Shown here piece by piece: positions 1 through 10,017 of a DNA stretch of 32,824 nt. A model generated the notes under the pieces. The model ran no database searches and was not told the origin of the DNA. It worked only from the letters and a program-made list of their open reading frames with translations. The stretch's first letter is position 1. Each line of letters begins with the position of its first letter. Source of the DNA: Phoronis australis (Eukaryota; Animalia; Phoronida); NCBI GenBank assembly GCA_002633005.1, contig NMRA01000635.1, forward strand, positions 12,079 through 44,902, written 5' to 3'. Both the position numbers and the translations under genes were made by a program.

Positions 1-80
1 TAGACTGGCCGACACTGGCTAGACTGGCCGACACTGGCTAGACTGGCCGACACTGGCTAGACTGGCCGACACTGGCTAGA
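1..80. repeat. 19-bp minisatellite (TAGACTGGCCGACACTGGC) x4+, running off the window start
   Basis: Four exact head-to-tail copies at 1, 20, 39, 58. Confidence 0.95.
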
Positions 81-164
81 TTGACTCTATCTGTCTTTGT
101 CTTGCCCAAAATTTTCTCCATTTAGTGTTGTTCTGATCCTGTCATCCTACTTTGCTTTTGCTAG

Positions 165-299
165 TTCTTGCTGATGACGGTGTTGTGGGCAGTGAAATAT
201 TTTCATTCAAGACTCCCAAGAAAAGTGGACAAATGGCTGTTAAGGCATACGAGGCGACACCCTGTCAGGCATCTACACTCTCCTCAACAAGAGTAAAAA
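165..299 (+). CDS. ORC2: ORC2 internal exon (N-terminal region)
   Basis: ctag| acceptor and |gtaag donor; translates LADDGVVGSEIFSFKTPKKSGQMAVKAYEATPCQASTLSSTRVK, resembling the metazoan ORC2 N-terminal IF.FKTPK...MA motif; phase 1 end fits the next exon. Confidence 0.7.
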
Positions 300-671
300 G
301 TAAGACATGACTGAATCCCTCTTCACACATTTGTTGGTTATTATTTTAATATGTTCTTCTCTACAGGCATAAGCTTTTCAGTATTTTGTTTTCCAAATTA
401 CATGCAATGTTTTTCTTGTCACAAAATAATAAGTTGAAGAATATTGTCACAGTAACTGAATTCTGTGGCATCTGAAGATTTTCCAACTCTCTGCCATGAT
501 CTAATCTTTGGATTCAAACTTCTGCTTTATTTGATTGTGTTGTTTTGTTCCAATTGAGTTGGTACTCAGGATATTTCTTACATTTTTTATTCTGTGCTCA
601 TATCCATTATGATTTTTGTCCAGATGGGTTCATAATCTCAAGTGCGAGTTATGTCATTCATATTCTAACAG

Positions 672-871
672 AGTCTGACAGTGTGAGACCAACTGCTAAA
701 AAGTTGCCGAGGAAGACAAACAAAGCTACAGAGGCGACACCTTACAGGCTGCGCAAGCGTATTGAGCCAGGCTCATCGGATGAGAGTTCAGGCTCAGATG
801 ACAATGATTCGACAACAGATGGCAGAACTGAGCCAGGTCGTGTTAAAGCTAATGGCACTCCTATCAGACTG
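672..871 (+). CDS. ORC2: ORC2 internal exon (low-complexity region, TPYRLRKR)
   Basis: acag| acceptor, |gttagt donor; in frame with ORF 545..970; phases 1/0 fit both flanking exons. Confidence 0.7.
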
Positions 872-1054
872 GTTAGTGCAACAGAGCTGATCTTCGTCTT
901 GAAGTGTTTAATTAACAGCTTTATTGTACAGTCCCAAAGAACTTTAGAATTTAATCGGTTGCTGTATTGACATTCTTAATAACAATTTAATAATTGGTGA
1001 GATCCACACTCGCCAATTGAAATATTAACGTATCTGTTGTGGTATAAGCTCGCT

Positions 1055-1225
1055 TTCGTGTATAATACTGTCTTCATGTATAACCCTGCTTTATGTATAA
1101 CCCCACCTTCATGTATCCCACCTTCAGTGTAACCCACGTACATGATTGTATAACCCCACCTTCATGTATAAACCCATCTCCAATGTAACCCCGCCTTCAT
1201 GTACAACCCCTACTTCATGTATATG
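1055..1225. repeat. Degenerate ~20-bp tandem repeat (TGTATAACCCCACCTTCA-like) in ORC2 intron
   Basis: Recurring tgtataacccc...cttcatg units. Confidence 0.8.
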
Positions 1226-2043
1226 TATCCTGCCATATATGGATTTTTCTTACTTACCTGCCATCCCTAATGTTTCTGACCTGTAAAGCCAGTTGCAAAA
1301 CTACATCCCCTTGGCTTTCGGTCCACATCTAATCGACTTTCATCCTTTTTGTGGTTGTCTTCATGAGCACTAGCATAACTTCATATTTTGCTTTTTCTTT
1401 GTTCGTAACTTTTTCAAGCTGTATTTTTCTAATGAGATTTGTTAACTCAATTCAAACAGGCTTGTCAAAATGTACGTCCTTACTGATTTCTGAGTAACAT
1501 GAAAACACAATTGATTCAAAATTAGTGCATTAAAAGAATTCCAATCGCATTTTGGTTCATTAACGAAAACAACTTTCCCATTCAGTTCTCTTGAAACAAA
1601 ATAACACCAATGACAACTTTTAAAAGGTTGAAGCAAAATCAGTAAACTCCTTGTAAAGTCTGCTAAAGGGACACGTGACCTACGATTTAGGCGAGTTACA
1701 TGACTGGGAAAGGCGACCCACCAAGAACTATAGTAACCAATCTTTGATACAGACAGTATGATTGTGTGTTTGTTGAATCCTGCTTTCATCATTCAAGTGA
1801 GATGACAGCAGATGACAGAATGAGGTCAAAAATCACCAAAACAGGGTTTAGTGTATTTGTACTTTTAAACAGGACATAGTTGTGTACTGTTTTTAGGCTG
1901 ACAGTTGAGATCTTGCGTTCTATTAAGGTATATGATCTCGCCAAATTCAGAAGGTTTATTGGACGTATAACTACTTACAGATATTTGGTACTAGAGACAT
2001 ATAGCTTTAACTACATTCCTATAAACTTTAATTTATTTTACAG

Positions 2044-2252
2044 CCCGAGTCCATGGCAGAGGAGTACTTCGCTGCTAATAATGGAGATGATATCACAAGT
2101 GACCGTACGCTTTCACGCTTAAAAAATCCCAGAATGGACCAGGAGACAATGTGTCAGGCACTGAAAAATGTGGCAAATCAGTATCAGAGGGAGGTCTGGC
2201 AACTGATGGAAGAGCACAGAGCTTTGTTCACAAGTTGGATGTTTCAATTGTG
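2044..2252 (+). CDS. ORC2: ORC2 exon, start of conserved AAA+-like region
   Basis: tacag| acceptor; PESMAEEYF...TSDRTLSRLK...LFTSWMFQL matches the ORC2 'TSDRTL..LK...LF.KW..QL' motif; TG|gtttgt donor. Confidence 0.9.
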
Positions 2253-3504
2253 GTTTGTTGAATTATAAGTGTTATGGATGTTAAGTTCAATGAATATATA
2301 ATGTTATTTACATACATTATGAGGAAGTCAAGGTGAGGAGGTTCCAAGATACATGACAGCCCATCATATTATCGGCACACTTGTTCTATGTGTAATTCAT
2401 TATTTGGCTGTTCAAGTGTTCATGCACACCACACTGTAAGACTGTCAGAGATTGACTGTGGGTTTGTTTAAAAGGTAGCTATGCTCTGAGATTGTGCATA
2501 GATGGAGAGAGAATAATCAAATCCAGTAATTAATTTATTAAAGGATAACCACTAATTAGACAAGCGAAACCTGTTGTTAATTAAGTAATCAAGTACAAAG
2601 TAACTATGCTAGCGCCCTCTTTAAAGATTACTTCAATCGATCAATCAAAATAATCAAATGTCTTATCTGCTATCCAAGCTGTAGGACTCTCCACTTGTTG
2701 GATAACAGTCCTGTTGGTGAATCTTTGAACTACATACATTGTATTGCGACAGTATACTTGCTGGTCATAGTGTCTGCTGACGCAACAGTTGCAGGCAGTT
2801 TCTTCTAGCCATGATTCTTCTTGCTGGTCAGTCTCTGGTGACACAACACTTCAGGCAGTATCTTACTACCCACAATGCAAGTGACAAGCTCTTAGTTAAC
2901 TTCCTGTTCGTTAACCCTGCCCTTTCCAAGATCCTCTTCAGAATCTTCCACGAGATGGCTCTGTTGTACAATTTGCTCTGTACATTGTAGCAAGTCTTTA
3001 TGCTTCGCTGTAGCTCATCTGAATATCTTCTTGGTTTTAGCCCATATTATATTATTCAACTTATTTAGTGATTGGCTAATAAAAACCACATGATCATATC
3101 CAATCATATTATTGAATGTTTCAATTTGTTCTCAGAAATGTCTAGAATCTCTAGAGTGCTTTGACCCCAGAACCAAAGTTGTAAACTCCATCACAAAAAT
3201 AGATTTTGACGTTAAAGTACATGTCAGCAAGTTTGACCCCATGATTTAAAAGTACATATGCACAAATTTTAGGCAACTTAAAATGGATCTATTCTGACTA
3301 ATTACATAATCAATATTTATTCTGACAAAAACATTATTTGTCTGTTCAAGTGTTTACGCAGACCACAGTGTAAGACATTATTTGTCTGTTCAAGTGCTCA
3401 TGCACACCTGTCCAGTGTTTGTACATGCCCAAGTCAGCCAAACATCTATCCTCTTATCTCATGTGACTGTTTTACACGTAAGTTCAGCCTACTAAATGTG
3501 CTTC

Positions 3505-3680
3505 AATAACTGTGGTCAATAGTCGGTACCAATAGTCTGACTCTGCTTGTGACCAGGAACTGTAGTTAATGGTCAGTTCCTATGGTCTGACTGCTCCTGA
3601 CCAGTAACTGTAGTCAATTGTCAGTACCTATAGTCTGACTGCTCCAGTAACTGCAATCAATAGCCAGTACCAATGGTCAC
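3505..3680. repeat. Degenerate ~40-bp tandem repeat (CCAGTAACTGTAGTCAAT..TCAGTACC.ATAGTCTGACTGCTC)
   Basis: About four imperfect copies. Confidence 0.75.
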
Positions 3681-3751
3681 ATAGTATCATATGTTACTTT
3701 GTGGTCCAGGATGTTACTAATATCTCAGAGTCTGCCGTTTTCTGTTTTCAG

Positions 3752-3884
3752 CAATGGTTTCAACATACTTGTGTATGGACTAGGTTCCAAGCGCCATCTG
3801 GTGGATCACTTCAGACAGTCATTTCTGCAAGATTTTCTCCATGTTGTCATTAATGGCTACTTTCCCAGTATTACCATTAAAAAT
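3752..3884 (+). CDS. ORC2: ORC2 exon ([12 protein letters not shown] ... [14 protein letters not shown])
   Basis: ttttcag| acceptor, |gtgagt donor; diagnostic ORC2 motifs GFN..YGLGSK and VVING.FP; completes the TG|C codon from the previous exon. Confidence 0.95.
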
Positions 3885-3977
3885 GTGAGTGTTAAATGAA
3901 AGGTTTACTTGATAATACTTGGAGAAATGTCATAGTTATCTCCAGCAAGTGAGACATTACATGGAAGGAAAGTGACT

Positions 3978-4092
3978 TTGTGTTTGAGTGTGCATGTGTG
4001 TTCAAGTGTGCATGTGTGTTTAAGTGTGCATGTGTGTTCAAGTGTGCATGTGTGTTTGATTGTGCATGTGTATTTGAGTGTGCATGTGTCGT
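3978..4092. repeat. 18-bp TG-rich minisatellite (GTGTGCATGTGTGTTYRA) immediately left of the LTR
   Basis: About six copies. Confidence 0.9.
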
Positions 4093-4098
4093 TGAGTA

Positions 4099-4743
4099 TG
4101 TAACAGGAGTGCCCTGGACATGATTATGTAAGAAAGATATATGCGCCCTCTAGTGGTCAAGCTGTGTACTACGTATGGAATTTTCCTATGATGTTGAGTC
4201 CTTTGGACATGGCCAAATATGGTCAGAAGCTAGGAGCTATGGGCCTTGCCCTTCAGATCGTGTCTGATTGGTTGAAATTGTGTACTTAAGCTTTGTCTCT
4301 GTCAGACACGAGGAGTCCAGTCGCAGAGTTCAAGAAGCAAACATGTACACCTTCACTCACACCAAATTGCAACTGTTTGTGCAGCTTTCGGGCTCCTCCC
4401 GAACTTGGTTGCCAATAGTTTAGCCCCATGCAATTCTCGGGCTCCTCCCGAGCTTGATTGCATCTCACCTTTCGGATCTGAATAACCAAATTGCCCCGTT
4501 CTTGCACACACAACTATTAATCAGCGACTGGCTTGCCCGTGTATCAGAACTGTATAAATCACAACGCTGCGATACTAAATCATGGAACAACTGGATTGCT
4601 TGTAAGTGTGGAATATTGTAGTTATATATTCTTACAATAAACCTATGTATTATTCACCAACTTTTAGTTTTCAACATCACCCTCAGTCCGCACCGGGCTC
4701 GTAAAATCGGGGCGCCTTGGTCGTAGATACCGCCCCCGTTACA
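4099..4743 (+). repeat. 5' LTR (645 bp)
   Basis: TGTAAC...GTTACA terminal inverted repeat; TATAAA 4553-4558; AATAAA 4636-4641; near-identical copy at 10018-10916. Confidence 0.95.
4143..4273. promoter_or_regulatory. U3 motif cluster: CTCF-like (4143-4159), kB-like (4177-4186), CArG box (4213-4222), inverted CCAAT (~4267-4271)
   Basis: Reverse complement TGACCACTAGAGGGCGC; GGAATTTTCC; CCAAATATGG; ctgattggtt. Consensus matches only. Confidence 0.45.
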
Positions 4744-4744
4744 C

Positions 4745-4760
4745 TGGTGCGCGTGGCCCG
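4745..4760 (+). promoter_or_regulatory. Primer-binding site (TGGTGCGCGTGGCCC), cognate tRNA uncertain
   Basis: TGG start 1 nt after the LTR end; repeated at 10918 after the second LTR. Confidence 0.7.
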
Positions 4761-5364
4761 CGGATATGTGCGAGTGATGTTGAAAAGCAGTAAAATAAAG
4801 TTTCTTACCGTCCATGCCTATTCCGTGCGTTAATGACATTCTTTTCGTTGCTCATGCCGTTGACGTCTTGTCACGCTCGCTGGGTGATGTTAGGAATTAA
4901 TTAACTCACACAGCAAACGTCTGTTGAAGGTTGCGTGTTCAAAGTTCACAAAACGTAATAGTAGCGACATTGAACACATGTTTGTCAGTACTCCTGAGTT
5001 GATTTGCCGTTGAGGTTTCACTAAATACCCTTGTCGATTATCAATTCACAACTTGTCGTGTGTTGCTGTTAACTTCCATGGATAACCTTGCTTTCGCGAA
5101 ACTTGCAATATTCAGGTGGCGATAGCTTGAATGTGGGAAGTAATGCCCACTTGTTGCCCAATTAATATTTTCTAGAAGTAGATTCATGTCTGTTGACGCT
5201 CTGTTGTTAGGCTACTCCATTCGTCTTCGGTTACTGTTGTCTGGTGTACTCCACGTATTCAGGACACGTTTTAGTGGTTTCAATTACTGAGAGTATCATC
5301 TACTGACCTCAGGCTCAGTTCTATACGCTACATTTGCTGATTTCATCCAATTCCATAATCCAAA

Positions 5365-6441
5365 ATGGCCCGTTTCTTGTCAAATGTGTCGAATTGGTTT
5401 ACTCCCTCGTTTATGGCGGCAGAAAATCACGTCGAACCGGATCCTCTGCCTGAAATTGTCCCAGTTGGTGATTATAGAGACCGTTCCTCTGAAATGCCAT
5501 ACGTCGACTGTCCAAGCAACAGCCCGCCTAGTGTATTAATTGACCATCAGCGACAGGCCACTATAAATGTAAATCAGACTGACAGGGGAGGATTGGATTC
5601 GATGGCCCCCTGTATCAAGCAAAATTCAAAACAGCAGCAACAACACGCGCTCGCCCTACCGAAACGCAAAGAACGGGTGCCACAACATTTTGACGGAAAA
5701 TCATGTGAATGGCCAGATTTTCTTCGCCAATTCGAGAAAATTTGTAGGTGGAATGGTTGGGACGAGCAGGAGTCGGCCATGCAGTTAGTCATGTGTCTGC
5801 GGGGGCCGGCCTTGCGTGCTGTAGGGGACCTCGACGATGAAGTGTCTGAGAATTTTGACGATTTGAAAGCGGCGCTTACGCAGCGTTTCTGTCCCGCAGA
5901 ACGCGTCGCCGCGCACAGATGCGAGTTCCGCGGAAGGACGAGGGGGAAAACAGAAAACATCTCAGACTATGGTTTTAGTGTTAAACGGCTAGCGTCATTG
6001 GCATTCCCTGAGTTAGCCAGTGACGCCCGTGAAGTTTTGGTCGTAGACCAATTTATAGCTGGGCTCAACGACCAGGCGCTGCGGAGGCACGTACAGTTTC
6101 AGAGGCCACTGTCCGTGGACATAGCGATTTCTCATGCACTCGAGTTCGAGGCATTTGAGGGGACCTGGTGCAGCCGGAAAAACAAAACTTCGGATGTGGC
6201 TCCCTGCCCCGACACACGAGTCATGACCATGCGGGAGCGTCCAACCAACAGGCCGGACCATGCTGACATGGCAGAGATAAAGAGGGCATTAGCGGATGTT
6301 CAGCGCCAGCTCAGCGACCGAAAGCCCCGGGAACCAATCCGCTGTTACAACTGTGGGCAGGAGGGACACATCGCCAGAAAATGTCCCCAGGAAAGGAAGG
6401 GGAACACTTGTAAATCAGATACTATTGAGTCGTCAAACTAG
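5365..6441 (+). CDS. gag: Gypsy Gag, 358 aa, intact
   Basis: Capsid-like FDGK...W.DFLRQFE...NGW...L...LRGPA and DQFIAGL motifs; zinc knuckle CYNCGQEGHIARKC. Confidence 0.93.
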   Translation: MARFLSNVSNWFTPSFMAAENHVEPDPLPEIVPVGDYRDRSSEMPYVDCPSNSPPSVLIDHQRQATINVNQTDRGGLDSMAPCIKQNSKQQQQHALALPKRKERVPQHFDGKSCEWPDFLRQFEKICRWNGWDEQESAMQLVMCLRGPALRAVGDLDDEVSENFDDLKAALTQRFCPAERVAAHRCEFRGRTRGKTENISDYGFSVKRLASLAFPELASDAREVLVVDQFIAGLNDQALRRHVQFQRPLSVDIAISHALEFEAFEGTWCSRKNKTSDVAPCPDTRVMTMRERPTNRPDHADMAEIKRALADVQRQLSDRKPREPIRCYNCGQEGHIARKCPQERKGNTCKSDTIESSN

Positions 6442-6475
6442 GACCGGTCGGGTCCGCGGCCAAGGCCTCGACCGG
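6432..6475 (+). promoter_or_regulatory. Putative -1 ribosomal frameshift signal (G TCA AAC UAG plus hairpin)
   Basis: The pol frame is -1 relative to gag and open across the gag stop; CCGGTCG (6444-6450) pairs with CGACCGG (6469-6475), 5 nt after AAAC. Confidence 0.65.
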
Positions 6476-8567
6476 GTTTGCAGAATGTTCGTTTGTTTTT
6501 GTGGATTTGTTTGGAGAAAAGTTTCCCGCTTTAATAGACGGCGGTTCGCCTTGTTCTCTTATGTCTAGAGACGTTTTTGAGTTAAGTAGTTCACATATAA
6601 GTAGTTTAGAACCCACTCTCATTTCATTGTCAGGCGCAGGTGGGGCGCGTATTAATGATTACGGTTGCGTGGTGGCTGATTTTGACGTAGCAGGCTTGCG
6701 ACTGAAGCAGCGATTTGTTGTCGCCGACGTCAATCCTCAGGTGATTCTTGGATTAGACTTTTTGAAAAATAATTTTTGTAATTTGAGTGCAGCTCCGGAG
6801 GGTGACGTTTTAAACCTCTGTGGAAAGTCGATCAATCTTTTGTCGGAGAAGAGGGCACTTTGCAGTGTCATAGTTCCAAGGTCCGTTTCTGAGGGGACGT
6901 TTGTCAGCGAAGTTACTGTCCATCTTCCGCCTCATTTGGAACCTGTAATTAAGGACGCAAGTGAGCGGTTGACTCCACAGCAGACTCTTTTGGTGCGGAA
7001 ACTTGTGGCCGAGTTTTCAGATGTTTTCGCCGGTCCCAATGGCGAGCTTGGGAGAACTACGCTGGTCGAGCACACCATCAACACAGGCGATCATCTTCCA
7101 ATTAAACAGGCTCCTCGACGGTTACCTATAGCTCAGCGGGAGATCGCCGATGCGGAGATCGACAAGATGCTGGCTGCTGGTGTTATCGAACCAAGTGATT
7201 CGCCATGGGCCTCGCCGATCGTGTTGGTGCGAAAGAGAGACTCCAGCTACCGATTCTGTGTAGACTACCGGAAGTTGAACGCAGTGACCAGGAAAGATGC
7301 CTATCCTCTCCCACGCATAGACACCTGCCTAGATTCCCTCGCGGGCATGTCATGGTTTACCACCCTTGACATGGCCAGTGGATATTGGCAGGTGCCAATG
7401 GCCAAGAAAGACAGGTCAAAGACTGCATTCGCCACTCATAGGGGTCTTTTTGAGTTCACGTCTATGCCTTTTGGTCTGGCAAATGCACCATCTAGTTTTG
7501 AGCGTTTGGTAGAGAAGGTTTTTGCGGGAATGCAATGGGACAAGTGTTTACTGTATATTGACGACATCCTGGTCTTTGCAAAGACTTTCGACGACGCCCT
7601 CTGCGATCTCCGAGCAGTTTTTCTACGGTTGCGGGAGGCCGGTCTGCGACTTAAGCCGACCAAGTGCAGTCTGTTTCGGAGGGAGGTACCTTTCCTAGGC
7701 CACGTAGTGTCTGAGGCAGGAGTAAGTTGTGACCCTGAAAAGGTTGCTGCGGTTGCAGATTGGGAGACACCATCCTCAGTTTCGGAAGTACGCAGTTTCC
7801 TTGGATTGGCCTCATATTACCGAAGATTCATTCCTGACTTCTCCACTGTTGCTGCACCGTTGTCACGTTTGACCGGGAAGAACCAACGATTCGAGTGGGA
7901 TGACACGTGCCAATTGGCATTTGACCAGCTGAAGATACTGCTTACCAACCATCCAGTGTTAGCGTATCCCCGGCGGCAGGGAAGGTTTATCCTTGACACG
8001 GATGCATCGGCCTTTGGCATCTCAGGAGTACTATCTCAGGAACAGGATGGCGAGGAGAGGGTCATCGCCTATGCCAGCCAAACTCTGTCAGCGTCACAAC
8101 AGCGCTACTGCACCACGTATCGTGAACTTTTGGCTGTTGTTACGTTTGTTAAGCGGTTCCGGCATTATTTGTGGGGCCGAAACTTCCTTATAAGAACAGA
8201 CCATCATTCCCTGAAGTGGTTAAAGAATTTTAAGGAACCCGTCGACATGGTTGCCAGGTGGATAGCGGTTCTCGACACATATGACTACGAGATTAAGCAC
8301 CGAAAGGGTAATCACCACGGTAACACTGATGGTTTGTCCCGGAAACCGTATCGCAGGTGCCAGCGATCTGATTGTGACCAGTGTGCTGGTCAACGAGTTG
8401 TCGCTGCAGTGCGACGGGGAAGACGTGTCACCAAGGAACCTGAAAACCCTGAGAGTGACGCCTGGCTGTCTACATGGAATAAAGATGAGCTTCGTACTCT
8501 GCAACAGAACGATAAGGTCATAGGTCCAGTTGTGAAATTCATGTCTGGAGTCCTCGGAGAAGCCTGA
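6435..8567 (+). CDS. pol: Gypsy Pol: aspartic protease, reverse transcriptase, RNase H; ends at a frameshift-derived stop
   Basis: ALIDGGS and ILGLDFL (PR); SPWASPIVLV, CVDYRKLN, LDMASGYWQ, MPFGL, YIDD (RT); DTDAS, ELLAV, RTDH, DGLSR (RH). Confidence 0.95.
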   Translation, partial: KLGPVGSAAKASTGFAECSFVFVDLFGEKFPALIDGGSPCSLMSRDVFELSSSHISSLEPTLISLSGAGGARINDYGCVVADFDVAGLRLKQRFVVADVNPQVILGLDFLKNNFCNLSAAPEGDVLNLCGKSINLLSEKRALCSVIVPRSVSEGTFVSEVTVHLPPHLEPVIKDASERLTPQQTLLVRKLVAEFSDVFAGPNGELGRTTLVEHTINTGDHLPIKQAPRRLPIAQREIADAEIDKMLAAGVIEPSDSPWASPIVLVRKRDSSYRFCVDYRKLNAVTRKDAYPLPRIDTCLDSLAGMSWFTTLDMASGYWQVPMAKKDRSKTAFATHRGLFEFTSMPFGLANAPSSFERLVEKVFAGMQWDKCLLYIDDILVFAKTFDDALCDLRAVFLRLREAGLRLKPTKCSLFRREVPFLGHVVSEAGVSCDPEKVAAVADWETPSSVSEVRSFLGLASYYRRFIPDFSTVAAPLSRLTGKNQRFEWDDTCQLAFDQLKILLTNHPVLAYPRRQGRFILDTDASAFGISGVLSQEQDGEERVIAYASQTLSASQQRYCTTYRELLAVVTFVKRFRHYLWGRNFLIRTDHHSLKWLKNFKEPVDMVARWIAVLDTYDYEIKHRKGNHHGNTDGLSRKPYRRCQRSDCDQCAGQRVVAAVRRGRRVTKEPENPESDAWLSTWNKDELRTLQQNDKVIGPVVKFMSGVLGEA

Positions 8568-9553
8568 GCTTAAAGCTATATTGGGGCACTCCTGGGGTAC
8601 CCGGCGTTTGTTTCAGTCTGAATGGAACCTTTTGCGCTTGCAGGGTGGTGTTCTGTATCGGCGTTGGATCGACGCCCGTGGCGGCGGTGATCGAATGGTG
8701 ATTGTACTTCCACGGCGTCAGTTACGGAGTCAGGTTCTCCAGCTGGCGCATGACGCAAGGACAGCGGGACATCTTGGTCGCGACAAGACTATTAGGACCG
8801 TCCGTTCTCTACTGGCCAGGGCTGCAGGGTGATGTTTCCAGGTGGTGCAAGCGTTGCGATCGAGATGTGCGCACGTCGCAAACCAGGTCCGGGCAGAGGT
8901 CGCGCACCACTTCAGCAGGGGCANGTCGCGACAAGACTATTAGGACCGTCCGTTCTCGTTTCTACTGGCCAGGGCTGCAGGGTGATGTTTCCAGGTGGTG
9001 TAAGCGTTGCGAGATGTGCGCACGTCGCAAACCAGGTCCGGGCAGAGGTCGCGCACCACTTCAGCAGGGGCAAGTAGGCGTTCCATTCCAGCCAGATCCT
9101 GCAGAGGTGGAGCAACCTGTGGGGAAGCCAGAGGAAGCCACCAGCCAATCTCGACCCGTATACAAGTGCGCCGAGTGTGACAGGACGTTCACCAAATTTT
9201 ACACGCTGAAGCGGCACGAAATGATTTGTTCACCGTTAATTAAACTTACCTGTTGTTCACATTGTAAGCGTAGGTTTTCAGCTAGGGACGCGTGCCGAAA
9301 ACACCAACGCAAGACCGGCCACGACGGAACGACAGAAATACTGGTTCAGAACCGGAAACATGCAAAGGCTGTCGCTGCCGCAGAACGCCGACGAGAGGTA
9401 GACGCCAGAAGGGGCGTTCCCCAGCCATTTCCTGAAGTTACGGTGGCGCGAGACGAGGCAGTGCGTTGGGACCGAGAAGGCCGGATGTATGTCTCCCCCA
9501 AACAGCACTGGTTCCGCGTCCCCGTCGAGCCATACCGCCGTTATATTAGCTAG
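8560..9553 (+). pseudogene. Integrase remnant: HHCC zinc-binding domain, no DDE core, followed in frame by two C2H2-type zinc fingers
   Basis: HDARTAGHLGRDKT...FYWPG...CKRCEMC (HHCC), then APLQQGQVGVPFQ directly to PDPAE...YKCAECDRTFTKFYTLKRHEMIC and CSHCKRRFSARDACRKHQRKTGH; partly duplicated around N 8924. Confidence 0.85.
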
Positions 9554-10004
9554 CTAGTGTTTTTAGTTCGTTTGTATGTATACAGGTNCAGAACGCCGAC
9601 GAGAGGTAGACGCCAGAAGGGACGTTCCCCAGCCATTTCCTGAAGTTACGGTGGCGCGAGACGAAGCAGTGCGTTGGGACCAAGAAGGCCGGATGTATGT
9701 CTCCCCCAAACAGCACTGGTTCCGTGTCCCCGTCGAGCCATACCACCGTTATATTAGCTAGCTATTGTTTTTAGTTCGTTTGTATGTATACAGGTGATGG
9801 CCGCACCTTAATTGTTGTCTTTTATTCATTTTTTTTGTATTAGTTTGATTTTTTTTTTATTACGGGCAGTGTTACTGTGTAAGTTGCTCATGGTGTTTGG
9901 ATAGTTTCTTTTTGTTGATTTTGATATCGATATGTTTAAGTGATTTGAAGTTCACTCCTGTTTGTTTTATTTTTTTATTATCAGTCACGGGTGTGACATG
10001 ATCT

Positions 10005-10017
10005 GAGGCAGGGGGAG
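10005..10017 (+). promoter_or_regulatory. Polypurine tract
   Basis: GAGGCAGGGGGAG immediately 5' of the second LTR's TGTAAC. Confidence 0.85.

Noticed and set aside
1-80. Short direct repeats as a CRISPR array
   Set aside because: Head-to-tail identical units with no spacers, in eukaryotic intronic context.
545-970. 141-aa ORF as a standalone gene
   Set aside because: Only 672-871 is exonic (ORC2); the rest is intron read-through from a TTG start.
5574-9508. Antisense and alternative-frame ORFs over gag/pol
   Set aside because: Shadow ORFs of GC-rich coding sequence with no motifs.
9576-9761. Second copy of the zinc-finger ORF tail or an env-like ORF3
   Set aside because: Duplicate across N 9588; no signal peptide or transmembrane segment.
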